Source: the human T2T-CHM13v2.0 reference genome, Homo sapiens
Strand: one strand, 5' to 3'
Assembly (NCBI RefSeq): GCF_009914755.1
Contig: NC_060935.1
DNA: 64,000 nucleotides
Shown in pieces: positions 14,700 to 26,965 of the stretch; the first letter of the stretch is position 1, and every line of letters starts with the position of its first letter. The notes beneath the pieces are model-generated. The model searched no databases, had not been told where the DNA came from, and saw only the letters and a program-made list of their open reading frames with translations. Position numbers and translations under genes: made by a program.

Positions 14700-15240
14700 G
14701 TCTATTCTTGATATATCTACTGCTCTTCATCTCTACTGCTCCCCTCCACCCCCATTTCAATCATCATTATCAGTCATAACGCTTGTTCAGTAGAAACTAG
14801 TGCCCATTCTGTGCTAATTACGTCCTTCTATTTTATTTCCTTTTTTACTTAAACATTCCCACCATTTTTTTCCTTATAGCCATTGTACTTACCATCCCTT
14901 GTACCTAGAACATCTAGGGCCCTGATGCCCACATGGTTTGGCCTACTTGTCAGTTACATCTCAGTTTGTAAGAGGGGTCTTCCTTGGCTTCCCTGGTAGC
15001 CTCCTCAGACACACCATATCATAACATCTTATTTTATTTACATCTTGGCATTTATGATGATCTGAAATTATCTTGTTCATTTACTTACTAGATTGTCTAT
15101 ATCGTCTCACTTCCAACTCCTGCTAAAATCTAAGCTTCCTGAATGTGTGTGTCCTTAACCTTGTTCACTGTTCTACCTCTAGTGCCTGGGTTGGTGCCTG
15201 AGACATATTGTGAACACAGCGCATATTTACTGAATGTGTT
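14700..15240 (+). mobile_element. L2 3' fragment
   Basis: taagcttcct...cttgttcactgttctacctctagtgcctg...catatttactgaatg, typical L2 3' end. Confidence 0.6.
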
Positions 15241-15772
15241 GCAGAGGCTCTTGAATGCCATGGAATGTGGTATACAATTTCCAAGTTCAAATATTATTAG
15301 TCATTTACTATATGGACCACCTCTGGAAAGTTAATGTCCTTGAGTCTTGTTTTCTTGATACATAAAATGAAAACTCTTAATACCTACTTTCTAGGGCTCT
15401 AGTGAGGGTCAGTAAGGATGCAGCCAAAGCATCTAACATAGTGACTAATCCATACTAAGCACTTGGTAATGTATGCTATGATTATTATTATTTCCATTAG
15501 ATAATGGGAGATGTTCATAGGAGAAGGCCATGAAGTAGCTAAATTTTCAAAGATCAAAGAGTCAGTAAATGACAAGATGAATCAAAGAGAGGTGTAGCTC
15601 AGAAAGAAAGATGATTCTGTAGGTGTACTTATGTGTGACCTTAGAAATACCTTGACCTAATACATATAATGGAAATTTTAACTAAAGAGAGGCATTAAGT
15701 TCTTATGGCTTGGGATTATTTGTAGATTTCTGATGGCCATTGTTATGAACAAGGAACAGAATTTATAACACT

Positions 15773-16132
15773 TGTCTTAGACTGTTTTGTGCTACTATAA
15801 CATAATACCTGAGACTGGGTAATTTATAATAAACAGAAATTTACTTGGCTCATGATTCTGGAAGCTGGGAAGTCCAAGATTGTAAGGACAGCATCTGGTG
15901 AGGGCCTCGATGCTGCATCATCCCATAGTGGATGGTAGAAGGGCAAGAGAGGTTGCAAGAGAACAAAAGATTGAACTCATAGCCTTAAATCCTTTATAAT
16001 CAGCATTAATTCATTCATGAAGGTGGTGTCCTTATGAAATAAACACCTCCAATTAGGTCCCGTGTCAAAACACAGTTGTGTTGGGATTCAGTTTTTATCA
16101 CGTTTTTCAGGGCACAAATTCAAACCATAGCA
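15773..16132 (-). mobile_element. MST (MaLR) solo LTR
   Basis: tgtcttag...tacctgagactgggtaatttata...ctgggaagtccaagat...caaaccatagca; TG..CA ends. Confidence 0.88.
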
Positions 16133-17754
16133 CCACCATCCCTAACTAAATCTTGAAATAATATTTGTCATAACACACGATTCTAGGGAAATAATACATG
16201 GTGAAGTAGACTTGCCAATATAGAACAAATAAGTATAGTAGAATAAGCAGCTGCTAAATTTGATGGTTTCCTAAATTTTTAAAGTAAATAAAGTTAGCAA
16301 ATGCCATTCCGAATAAAATTATAAATGATATCAACAATAATTTGCTTACATTTATGTAATTAAAACGCATGGCATTACAAAAACTGGTTGACTGAACATA
16401 GCATATCAACAAAAGTGATATTTTCTTCATACTCATTTCACTCTGTGCCTGCCATGGAGAAAGTGTGGCACATAATAATTAATAATTAAAATGAAAGCAA
16501 GAGAGATTTTCTTCAATTTAAGTAAAATTAATATATGAAAGAATATTAATTTACCAGATTTATATATTTAAGGGGCTTCCAAAGAAACCTTTGGCTTTAC
16601 TAAATGACTCACTGCCATATTTCTGTTTATTCAGAATTTGATTCTAAAACACAATGTTCAGATTAAGGGAGTTGTTACTCTTACTTCACTTGATATTGAT
16701 GAGAAATCAATTTAATAATTGTATTCAGTTTGGGGAGTCATATTTAACCTGATCCCATATTATTACATGTTATTAATATCCTGAAAAGCATTCAAAGAAA
16801 GACAAAGGGCATAGTAATAGAAATCTTGAAACTATGTTGTAATAACTAAATCAAGAAACTATGGATTTTTAATATAAAGTAAGAAAAATGCAGATGTGGT
16901 AGAAGTTACTAGGTTTAGGGGGCTAAGATGGTTGGTTGGTTTGTTAGAAGGCAGCAGTTTCCAAATGATTGTACTGTGAAAGGAATTATGTGTCATGCAT
17001 GCAGTTCTAGAGGACAGAATTAGGATGAGAAGCAAAAGCTACAGGGCACATATGGGGGTCAACATATGAATAGACATTGCAAAAACTAAGACCAAACACT
17101 TCTTAAACAATGACCTCCATCTTAAATTGACATTGGGGTGACAATGGAATTGCTTATATCATCTACGGAGTTCTTTCAGTATAAGGAGATAAGAAAAAGC
17201 TGAATAGAAAAAAAAAGATAAAGTAACTTCCATTCAGTACATATGGGGTCATAAATTTGTCAACATAAACAACAAGACAAATGTTTTGATTATAAAATCC
17301 TTTGCATATTTCTGTGTTTTCCTGGTAAGTTCCTGATAAGTTAATATTATTCATTTATGCTGATGTCATTATCAACAAGTTGTTTAGGTAAAACTTTAAT
17401 CTTGCTTTCGTTGTATCTGGTGTTTACTGCTGTCATATCTTACTTCCTGCTGTAGAAAAATTAGCTGATTTCTTCTCTCTTTTATCCACTATACTGTAAA
17501 ATCTGTGTGGATTGAGAAAGCGTTTTGTTTGTCTCTGAATCTCCTCTCCCAAGCACAATGACTGTAACATAGACAATGCTTAATAGATGCTTGTTGGTCT
17601 TAATTAAATCCTCAAATTCTCCCTATGTCATTATTCAGATGCCTGAAACTACACTATAGAAATGTATGCTTCATATTTTCAGGTGCTGTCTGCAGATGTT
17701 GGTATCTGAAAAAAATGCAAATTCTTATGATAATTTGTAAAACTTTCATTGTAA

Positions 17755-17975
17755 TAAGAGCCATTGTTTATTAAATGTCTACTATGTGTCAGGTAATCTC
17801 TTTATATATTTATTACATCGAAATCCCACAAAAAAATCATCAAAGTACATGCTAACTAGCGGATAAGAGAAATGGAGATGCTGAGAAGTTAAGTGACTTA
17901 TCTAAAGTCACCCATCTGAAACTGGCAACTGACCCAAGTTATTTCTAATTCCAAAACCATGAGCCTTTGAATACA
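17755..17975 (-). mobile_element. MIR SINE
   Basis: gataagagaaatggagatgctgagaagttaagtgacttatctaaagtcac. Confidence 0.7.
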
Positions 17976-18639
17976 ATACAATTTAAACAATGTTTTAATA
18001 ATTTATTATGAAAGAATTCAAATGAACAGAGAAGTTGCGAATATAGTATAGTGACCTCCAATATCCTTGAATCCAGTTTCCCTATTAACATCTCAATGCA
18101 TTTGTTCCATGGCATTCCTTTTTTTCCTCCCCTTTTCTTCCCTCCCTTCCCTTCCTTTCTATACTTTTCTTTTTCGTACACATATATATATACACACACG
18201 TGTGTGTGTGTTATTTATATATACACATATACCCATTATTAGTAGTCTTTTTCTGAACAGTTTGAGGGAGGAATGAAAATCTTCTAATAATTTCATTCCA
18301 CCTAGAATAAAATCTAATATCCTCACAATGGAGATGGAATAAGAATGGGATGGTGCTCACGAAATTTTATAACAATCAGCCACAAATTACTTGTTCTAAT
18401 CACTTTTTACTTCGCTAAATCTACTCTGGCCATCCTTGCTTTCCTGCCACCTCCAGGCCTCTATATTTGTTCTGCCTGACTGTAATATTTTCCCCTAAAT
18501 ATCCTTGGGATTTTAGGGAAAAAACTTGAGCGTTTTATTCAGGTTTCTTTCTTGTCCACCTGATTTAAAACAGCAACCCACTATATTTCTTCATATTACT
18601 TTGTCACTTTCCGACCTTAGGATATATATCTATTGATTC

Positions 18640-19290
18640 TTTTTTTATTTTACTTTAAGTTCTGGGATACATGTGCAGAATGTGCAGGTTTCTTACATAG
18701 GTATACGTGTGCCATGGTGGTTTGCTGCACCTACCAACCCGTCATCTAGGCTTTAAGCCCTGCATGCATTAGGTATTTGTCCTAATGCTCTCCCTCCCCT
18801 TGTCCCCTACCCACCGACAGGCCCTGGTGTGTTATGTTCCCCTCCCTGTGTCCATGTGTTCTCATTGTTCAACTCGCACTTATGAGTGAAAACGTAGTGT
18901 TTGGTTTTCTGTTCCTGTGTTAGTTTGCTGAGAATGATGGCTTCCAGCTTCATCCATGTCCCTGCAAAGGACATGAACTCATTCGTTTTTATGGCTGCAT
19001 AGAATTCCATAATGTATATGTGCCACATTTTCTTTATCCAGTCTATCACTGACAGGCATTTGGGTTGGTTCCAAGTCTTTGCTATTGTAAATAGTGCTGC
19101 AATAAACATATGTGTGCATGTGGCTTTATAGCAGAATGATTTATAATCCTTTGGGTGTATACCCGGCAAAAAATCAGGAAACAACAGATGCTGGTGAGGC
19201 TATGAAGAAATAGGAACACTTTTACACTGTTAGTGGGAGTGTAAATTAGTTCAACCATTGTGGAAGACAGTGTGGTGATTCTTCAAGGAT
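18640..19290 (-). mobile_element. L1PA (about PA7-8) 3' end with twin-priming inversion
   Basis: Antisense 3'UTR/ORF2 end 18640-19164, then sense segment 19167-19290; TSD gattcttt at 18635-42 and 19288-95. Confidence 0.93.
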
Positions 19291-19339
19291 TCTTTATTTA
19301 TTTATTTACTTAGTTATTTACTTATTTATTTAAATTTAT

Positions 19340-19598
19340 GGCTGGGCGTGATGGCTCACGCCTGTAATCCCAGCACTTTGGGAGGCTAAGGCAGGCAGAT
19401 CATGAGATCAAGAGACTGAGACTAACCCTGTCTCTACTAAAAATATAAAAATTAGCTGGGTGTGGTGGCGTGTAATTGTAGTCCCAGCTACTCAGGAGGC
19501 TGAGGCAGAAGTATCGCTTGAACCCAGGAGGCGGAGGGTTCAGTGAGCCGAGATTGTGCCACTGCACTCCAGCCTGGTGACAGAGTGAGACTCCACCT

Positions 19599-19637
<39 letters not shown>

Positions 19638-19651
19638 AAAGAAACAAAAAA
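19340..19651 (+). mobile_element. AluSc-like with ~20-bp deletion and long poly(A)
   Basis: ggctgggcgtg...cctggtgacagag...A-tail; TSD-like aaatttatg / aaactatg. Confidence 0.95.
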
Positions 19652-20279
19652 CTATGCTTAATGTGGGCAAGGCATTTTCTCTATTAGATATCATTGTATT
19701 CCAAATGCCTAGAACAGTGCCTGAACCATAGTTGGTGCTCAATAAATATTTGTTCAATTAAAAAAGGAATGAAGTGACACATAGATTAATTATTTCAGTG
19801 TATTGATGGCCTTGTAGCCCATATTAGATAGTAAAACCTTGTAGATTATCTACGTCTTTTATCTTTTTATTATTGCAGGACTTGCTACAGTGCCTAGCAT
19901 ATGAAAGGTACTGAAGAAGTAAGATGATGAATAAACAAATGAGTAAGAACAAAACAGGAGCTTAGATAGTCCTACGGCTCTAAGTTACTGACTATCATTC
20001 CAGTGCTCTTTCTGGTAGCCCACATGATTTTCCTTGCCTGTGTAATTATGTACCTTCCTTTTTCTAAAGCTAGCTGAAATTTATTTGCAAAATTGGTTTG
20101 CTACTGAAGTAATCACTAAGTCAACCTTTTCTTTTCTGCAAGCCTACCACATTTCATCTATCTAGGCTAAAAAAAAAGTTTTTGGTTTGAAAAGTTTGAA
20201 AAACAGTAATAGTACTTTGAAACACTTATGAAGACTAAATAGTACCTTAATTTTAGTATTTAATAGGGAACAAAAATAA

Positions 20280-20345
20280 TAAATATTAAGTATTAAGTAA
20301 TAAGTATTATAAGTATTAAGTATTAATAAAAATTAATAAGTATCA
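20280..20345. repeat. Degenerate (TATTAAG)n heptamer repeat
   Basis: tattaagtattaagtaataagtattataagtattaagtattaat. Confidence 0.75.
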
Positions 20346-20656
20346 TATAAGCAACAAAAATATCCTCTATAGCATTTGTTTTACAGTGATGACAATGAGG
20401 AATAAAATCCAAATACCTGTGAGATCTGATACCACTAACATATTAGTTTGCTGCCAATGAGTATTTAAAATGTCATACAAGGGAGAGAGGATAGTCACAG
20501 GGAGCCTAGAAATCAGTTTGAGATTCTTGATCTGATGCTTTTTTTACTCTTGGGCAAATCACCTTGATGTCCTTCTATCTGGTACCACAAATACTTCCTC
20601 TCCTTCCACCTGACCTATATTCAAGTCTCAATCATATCTCTTCTTTTGGGACATAG

Positions 20657-20773
20657 GACAAGATTTTCTCTGGTCTTCTGTTTCCCATTTCTAAAATAAT
20701 GAAATAACGCCACTTCAGAAGTTCCTAACGAGGACAAAATGAGAGGTCATACGCCAAGTGTATCAAGTACACA
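20657..20773 (+). ncRNA. Candidate non-coding exon (MIR-derived)
   Basis: Weak acceptor tcttcttttgggacatAG and donor ACA|GTAAGT; the donor coincides with a common MIR 3' motif. Confidence 0.3.
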
Positions 20774-21710
20774 GTAAGTATTGTACTATGGTTGTTTCTG
20801 TTCCCTCTTCTCCTCTAGGACACAGTAGAATGAAAGAAGTAGTATTGAAAGCCACTAGAAATAATATTTAAATAAAAATATGGCCCGGTTTCCAGCTGTA
20901 ATACTCTCAAGAATTCTTGTCCTCTATGTAAAATAAGTAAGAAAATGATAAAAGTAGAAAATCAGAATAGCCAACTCCAACTTTTTCCAACACACCCCGA
21001 ACCTGCCCCCTTCTTACCCCTTATACTACCTATCCAGTTAGTAAGAACACAAGTTGGTTAAACTAGAAATCTAAGAGGCATTTGACTTCTGAGCCTTCTT
21101 CATCAATGAGTTAGTTAACAAATTCTGTCTATTTTACCCCAGAAATGTCTCTGTAATTCACCTCCCTTCCTAAGCCCACACTGCTCCTTCCTCAGTTGAG
21201 CAAGTCAGCATGCTTACTTATCAGCTTGGCCTTCCTCCTTCTAATCTTAACTCCTCCAATTCATTGCTTCAACTGTAAATGCTTTTCAAGATCTGATTGT
21301 GTTTTTGCCTGTAGTAATGGATTCTTGTTGAATAGTGGATAAATTTTAAAGTAAAAGAAAATGCAAACTTTTAACCTATCATTTTCAATTCTTAAAGATC
21401 TGGTCTTAACCTATGTATGCCGTCCTGTTTTCCACCACCCCTCTCTACGTTCCATGTACCGTATTCCAGTTACAACTGATTTCTCTGAACCCACTGCATG
21501 CGCTCACATGCCCTTGACCTCTGTCTTTACATCTTATTTCCTGACCAATCAGTCTCAAGTAGCATTTCAGACATTATCATATCACTCTATTTCCTTCATC
21601 TCACGTATCTTTAACTGATGTTTTCTTATTTCTTTGACTTATCCCCCTTCTGCCATAGTATAAACCCCATAAAAGCCATGATCTTTTCTTGTTCAGTCAT
21701 TTAATCCTAG

Positions 21711-22555
21711 CGTAACATTATGAAATAAATATTTGACTTTCATCCCCCATTTCCTGGCACACAGCTCCTAAAACCCTTGGAATCTCCTGAATGATGAGTG
21801 TCCTTTATATGCTAATGAGATGACTTTTGGCTGGCAGTCTCTAGACAGCCTCAGGACGGGGGCTGGTAACCAGAAATACCAAGGCATGATTAGAGAGTTG
21901 GGTTGTTCAACCCAATCCCCCACCTTCCAGGACCAGAGAGGGCCTGAAGTTTGAGTTAGATCACCAATGGCGCATAATTTAAGCAATCTCGTCTATGTAA
22001 GGAAGCCTCCACAAAAACACACCAGGACAGAGCTTCTGGATTTCTGAACCTGTAGAGGTGCCTGGATTGTGGCATGCCCAGAGAGGGCGTGAAACTTCCT
22101 GGTCCCTTACCACATGGCTTACTCTATGCATCTCTTCTATCTGGCAGTTCATCTGCATCCTTGGTAACACTCTTTACAACAAGTGGGTAAACATAAGTGT
22201 TTTCCTGAATTCTGGGGGCTTCTCTAGCAAGTTAATTAAATTATGGGAAGCCTCGATTTATAGCCAGTTGGTCAAAGTACAGGTGGCAACTAACTATTTG
22301 CAGTTGGCATCTGCAGTGGGTTTCAGTCTTATGGGACTGAGCCTTCAACCTGTGAGATCTGGTGCTATCTCAGGTAGATAGTGTCAGAATCGAATTGAAT
22401 TGGAGGACATCCAGTTAGTATCTGCTGGAAAATTGCTCAGTGTGTGGGAAACATAGACACACACAGACACACACACACACCACATATAACTGGTGTCAGA
22501 AGTGTTGTATTGAGTGAAAGTTAAAAAAAAAAAACTTTTGTGTCCTATTTTTAGG
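21711..22555 (+). mobile_element. MER21-family LTR inserted in L2
   Basis: ttcctggcacacagctcctaaaacccttggaatctcctg...atgctaatgag...caggtagatagtgtcagaatcgaattgaattggaggacatccag...tggtgtcagaagtg. Confidence 0.85.
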
Positions 22556-22711
22556 CCAGCTGTCTACAAAATTACTGGAAAATTAAATGCTTTGAATTGT
22601 GTGTGTAATAAATGAATGAAGAACAGCCCCTCTGGCTAACTACCTTTATTTCCTCATATTGGTCAACTAATATCCATCTTTTATTTCTCATTGTAATTGA
22701 CTATAGAAGGG

Positions 22712-23033
22712 TGTGACAGAGATTACTGGTGCTCACCAATATTCATGTCCTCTTTTTCTTGGACATATAGCTAGACTAATATTTCCCAGCCTCCCTCACA
22801 GTTAGAATGCTCATGTGACAATATGTGACTGGAGAACAATCAGGAGGACCTGCGTAGGGTGGAGCCATAAGATAAAAGAAGTCTGGGCCCCTGAATGACT
22901 GATGAGAGTAAAGCCTCTATTCCCTATCCAGCACTCATGTTAGACTGTGATTTGAGTGGGAGACTTTTATTTCATTAAGTTGTTGAGGTTGAGGAGTTAT
23001 TTGTAATAGCAATTAGCCTATCCTGACTAACAC
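22712..23033 (+). mobile_element. Old MLT1 (I/J-like) LTR
   Basis: atttcccagcctccctcacagttag...tttgtaatagcaattagcctatcctgactaacaca. Confidence 0.65.
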
Positions 23034-23304
23034 AAATAGTTTACTGAAAGCACATGTCACCCTTTACCCCTCCCCCACGAAACTATGAGCTCATAAGAGC
23101 AAGGGTCATGGCGGATTCAATTTTGCCTCTTCAGTTTCTAGTATAATCCCTGATACATATGGTGTGCCATGAATTAATGATTAATTTCAATGATATACAT
23201 TTCCAAATTCTAAGTTATCATTTATTCTCATATGACACCAAAGATCCTTTATCTGCTAAACAGTTTTTTCTTAACCAAACTGAAATAAAAAGATTTCCAG
23301 TATC

Positions 23305-23540
23305 TGTGTGATGTAACGGAAAAAACGACAGCATGGAGACCAGATAGTCCCACTCTCAAAGGCTGGCTCTAGGACTTTATCTGTCATCTTGAGCAAGGAA
23401 TTTTACCTCTGTGAATCTCAATTTCTTCCTCTGTAGATGGGGATAGTAATTATTATGAAGACTAGAAATAACATACATAAATCATATACAAGTACCTGAC
23501 AAGCATGCTTATCACAAATGGTATGAATAATTAATATTTT
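23305..23540 (+). mobile_element. MIR SINE
   Basis: cttgagcaagg...cctctgtgaatctcaatttcttcctctgtagatggggatagtaat. Confidence 0.7.
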
Positions 23541-24092
23541 CATAATTACAAGGCAAAAGTCTGTATTTCTCCACAGAAATTGTGGAACAAAATATGGCAG
23601 CCTTCTTTGGTAGAATATTGAGAAGGTAGTTAGTACTGATAACATTTCTTGCATGGAAAGGAATTCTGTACCAATTCTGAGGTTTTGGTCATGGTCTAAT
23701 GCTTGTGGGGACTTGGGTGGCATATGCCTTGATTGAAGGAACCTAACAGTGCCCAAAAGCATTGCAGACACCTAAGGGCTTTGCCAAGAGCTTAGACCAT
23801 TTGCAAGCAGCAGAGACTGACCCAGCTACTGAGAATATAACAGACAGCAAACCAGAGACTTGAGAATCATAAGAACTGAGACGTAACAGCAGCAATTCCC
23901 CAGTCATTCTTTAAAATTCTCTGCTATTGCATTTGTTATTTGTAAGTGGATATTTTGCAGGAAACTAACAGCAAATCCAGCCCTTGGTGGTAAGATTTTT
24001 AAGCTAGAGCTTTCTCTAGAGAGATTTATTTAGAGCAAGCCTTTGAATCATTTAAAAGCAAACCAGGCAAATCCTCATGTATTTTCCCCCAG

Positions 24093-24270
24093 GAAATTAC
24101 CTCATTTCTAAAGGGAAGATTGGATGATACTCCACAGCCAATATTGACTTACTGAAGATGTTATCAAATCCTCTGCCTTTCCTCATAATGATATGAGAAG
24201 ATAAAGACGTGCTCCGCTACAGAGTCTTCAAAGGAAGCAGAAAAAGTATAATACATAATTTTAACTTAAG
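24093..24270 (+). ncRNA. Candidate non-coding (lncRNA/UTR) exon
   Basis: Acceptor tattttcccccAG|G, donor AAG|GTAGGA, 178 nt, non-repeat sequence, stops in all 3 frames. Confidence 0.5.
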
Positions 24271-24524
24271 GTAGGAAATCGGAAGCTGACCTAGAATTGG
24301 CTTCAATGTACTACTATAATCTATGTCCCAGCCCTCAGGAAAGTATGAAGATTGGTTCCTACCTGGAGTGTGAGCCCTTAATTTTAAGACAGGCCCAGAA
24401 AAAATCTGGATGAAGTAATGACTGTAACAATGGTACTAATCGCTCGATCATCACTTGTTTACGGTAAATAACTTCCCAGTTTAAAAAGCACTTGCACAGA
24501 CATTATTTATTTTAATCTTCTCAG

Positions 24525-24589
24525 AGGAACACTGCTGGACATCATGAGAATTCCATACAATGAGTGTCACATCTATCAGAAAACCAAGG
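24525..24589 (+). ncRNA. Candidate exon (alternative donor at 24665)
   Basis: Acceptor ttttaatcttctcAG|A, donor AGG|GTATGA; second donor GAG|GTACCT. Confidence 0.4.
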
Positions 24590-26095
24590 GTATGAAGTCT
24601 AAAGAAATAGAAGATGGTGGTGAACAGGGACCACCTCTCTGCCTGATTTGTTTTCTGCCTAGGAGGTACCTTCATAATTGCATGTGTGAAATCCAGAGTC
24701 AAGAGAGATAAAGGTACATACTGCTAAGTCTCAGCCAATGTCTAGTCTTTTGCAGACCTGAACTAAGTGAGAGGACTTGGATTTGGGAAGACTATACATA
24801 ATTTGACAATCCTTCTAGAATCTTAGGTTTCTAGATTCTGGGAAATAAAACTTAGTGTAGTATTAGTTTCATTTTATTATTAACAGAACAGAAAATAAAG
24901 AAATTTAAAACTTGATTAAGAATTAAAAAGAAAAAGTTATAAAGGAGGCCTAAATGATCTAGTCAGGAGACCTGTAATACCTTGTTCCACAAGGGAATCT
25001 TGTTAATCTTGGAAGATAGGGGTAGATAAGTGTAATCAGTCCTCACCTTTCATAGCACAATTTAATAAAAATGTCTGAAATTTGTAACTGAAGAATTAGC
25101 AGCATACTTATTTTACCTGGTGATGTGGAATTAATGACAACAAGAAGTAATAAGAGAAATTATTAATAGAGTTAAAGTGGTTCCTTTTAAGCAGTAGGAC
25201 TGAGTATGGGGAGACAGTTTTTAAAAATTATTTAAAATTTAAAACTAAAAAAATGAATTATAAAAATATGAAGTTAAATCACAATGTATTAGAAAGAGCC
25301 TTGGGTGTGGTATCCTGTGCTTATCAAAATGACTTCAGGAACATAATCTATACTCTCACATTAAAAAATCTGTATAACACACTGAATATTTTTATCTGTA
25401 TAACAGTTGTACCATTTTTTTTACCCTTTCTATTTCACAGGGTTGAACTTTACTGTAAAAATTTATAAAAGGAACAGGGAAAATTTCTTTTGGCATTATA
25501 AGGCACTTGAGATATAATCATAGCCCTACTAATATACTTATGATTATTAGATCATGTGGTACAATATACAAGATAAATGTCTGCATCTATTGTATTAGCT
25601 AGAATTGAAAGGCATCTTGTCTGTCGACCTCAAAAAGGCACTGGAATAGAAGGATAATATATTGCTGTGTCAGGTTCCCCTGGCAATTGTGATCCATAGT
25701 TTTTCTACTGCTCTGAGGAGCAAAAGATACACATATTTCATCGTCTTTTTACCATAAGAACTTGTGATGAAAACTATGCCCTAAGCATATCGGTTAATGT
25801 GGGGAAAATCACATTCACATATAGCACCTTTGAATTTATATCCTAACATTAAAATATTGGCTGTGTGAACCTGTATAGAAGACTTGGGTGCAAAGAGGTG
25901 ATCCATTTCTAGCAGAATGTCTATGTGACTTTAAAGAATAACAGCTTGACCTTTAGTGACATGTACCGTTTTATATTCACTTCAGTTAAAAATAAAAATT
26001 CATACATTTATAGGTAAAAGATTGCATCATGCTAATGGTCCTCAGGGAAGCCATGAGATTACTAAAACCTTTTTTCTTTCTTTTTTCTGTTTCAG

Positions 26096-26192
26096 GGTAA
26101 CCGCTAAAAGAGATCTTACTAGGGATCGGGACATTCATTACACGTTAAAATTTCTAACAGTGTCTTTGCCATAAATTGGCATCCCTTATGTG
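26096..26192 (+). ncRNA. Candidate non-coding exon
   Basis: Branch-like TACTAAA ~26060, long pyrimidine tract, tttcAG|G, donor GTG|GTAAGT; stops in all frames. Confidence 0.45.
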
Positions 26193-26729
26193 GTAAGTTG
26201 GGGTTACAAGAAACTTGAACACGTACACTAAATGTACTGCTGGGCTCAAGTTTTTTCCTACATTTCTGCCTCTAGTTTGCTCATTTCCCACCCATCTTTG
26301 ACTGAATTGGCAGAGACCATCTTAAATAAATATCTGACCCTGTCTCTTTACTACCTCAATGCATTAGCTAGAGTCATGCAGCTCTCAGGATGAATGTTTA
26401 ATCCTCAGCAAGTTACACAAAATCTGCAATGACCCAGCTTTTCTCTAACTGTCCAGACCAACATCTTATCATAACTACTTTTAATGTGCCAGACACTATG
26501 CTAAGCTCTTTATGTTGTTCTCTCCTCAACTACTACTTATCCTTGAAGGTAACTTAGATGTTACCCGAACTTCTCTCCTGCAACTTCACATATTCTGGAT
26601 CAGGTTTTCTTCCTCTAAGCTTTGATAGGACCTTGTACTTTTATCTATGATGGCATTTCCACATTGGCCAGAAATCGTCTGTGTTCCAGTGTGGGAAACC
26701 TGCCTTTTTCCAGGAGAGTTAATGTGACA

Positions 26730-26965
26730 TAAAGTAGGAATATTGACTCTGGAACTAGTCCAATTAGGTTCAAATCATGACTCTACCTTTTGCCATCTAA
26801 GAGGCCTTGTGCATGTTGCTCAACTTTTCTGTGCCTCAGTGTCCTTATCTGTAAAATAAGAATAATCAAAGTACCTACCGAAGTAGTGCAAGTACTACTT
26901 AGTTGTGTTAATTTATGTTAAATAATTACAAAGACATCTGGGCACATAGAAGTTTCTCAGTGTGA
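26730..26965 (+). mobile_element. MIR SINE
   Basis: gactctggaactag...ggttcaaatc...ctgtgcctcagtgtccttatctgtaaaataagaataat. Confidence 0.8.

Larger units (their letters stand above)
18290..19770 (+). mobile_element. L2 fragment split by an L1PA and an Alu insertion
   Basis: L2-like 18290-18630 resumes after 19652 with cctagaacagtgcctg...gtgctcaataaatatttgtt. Confidence 0.6.
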
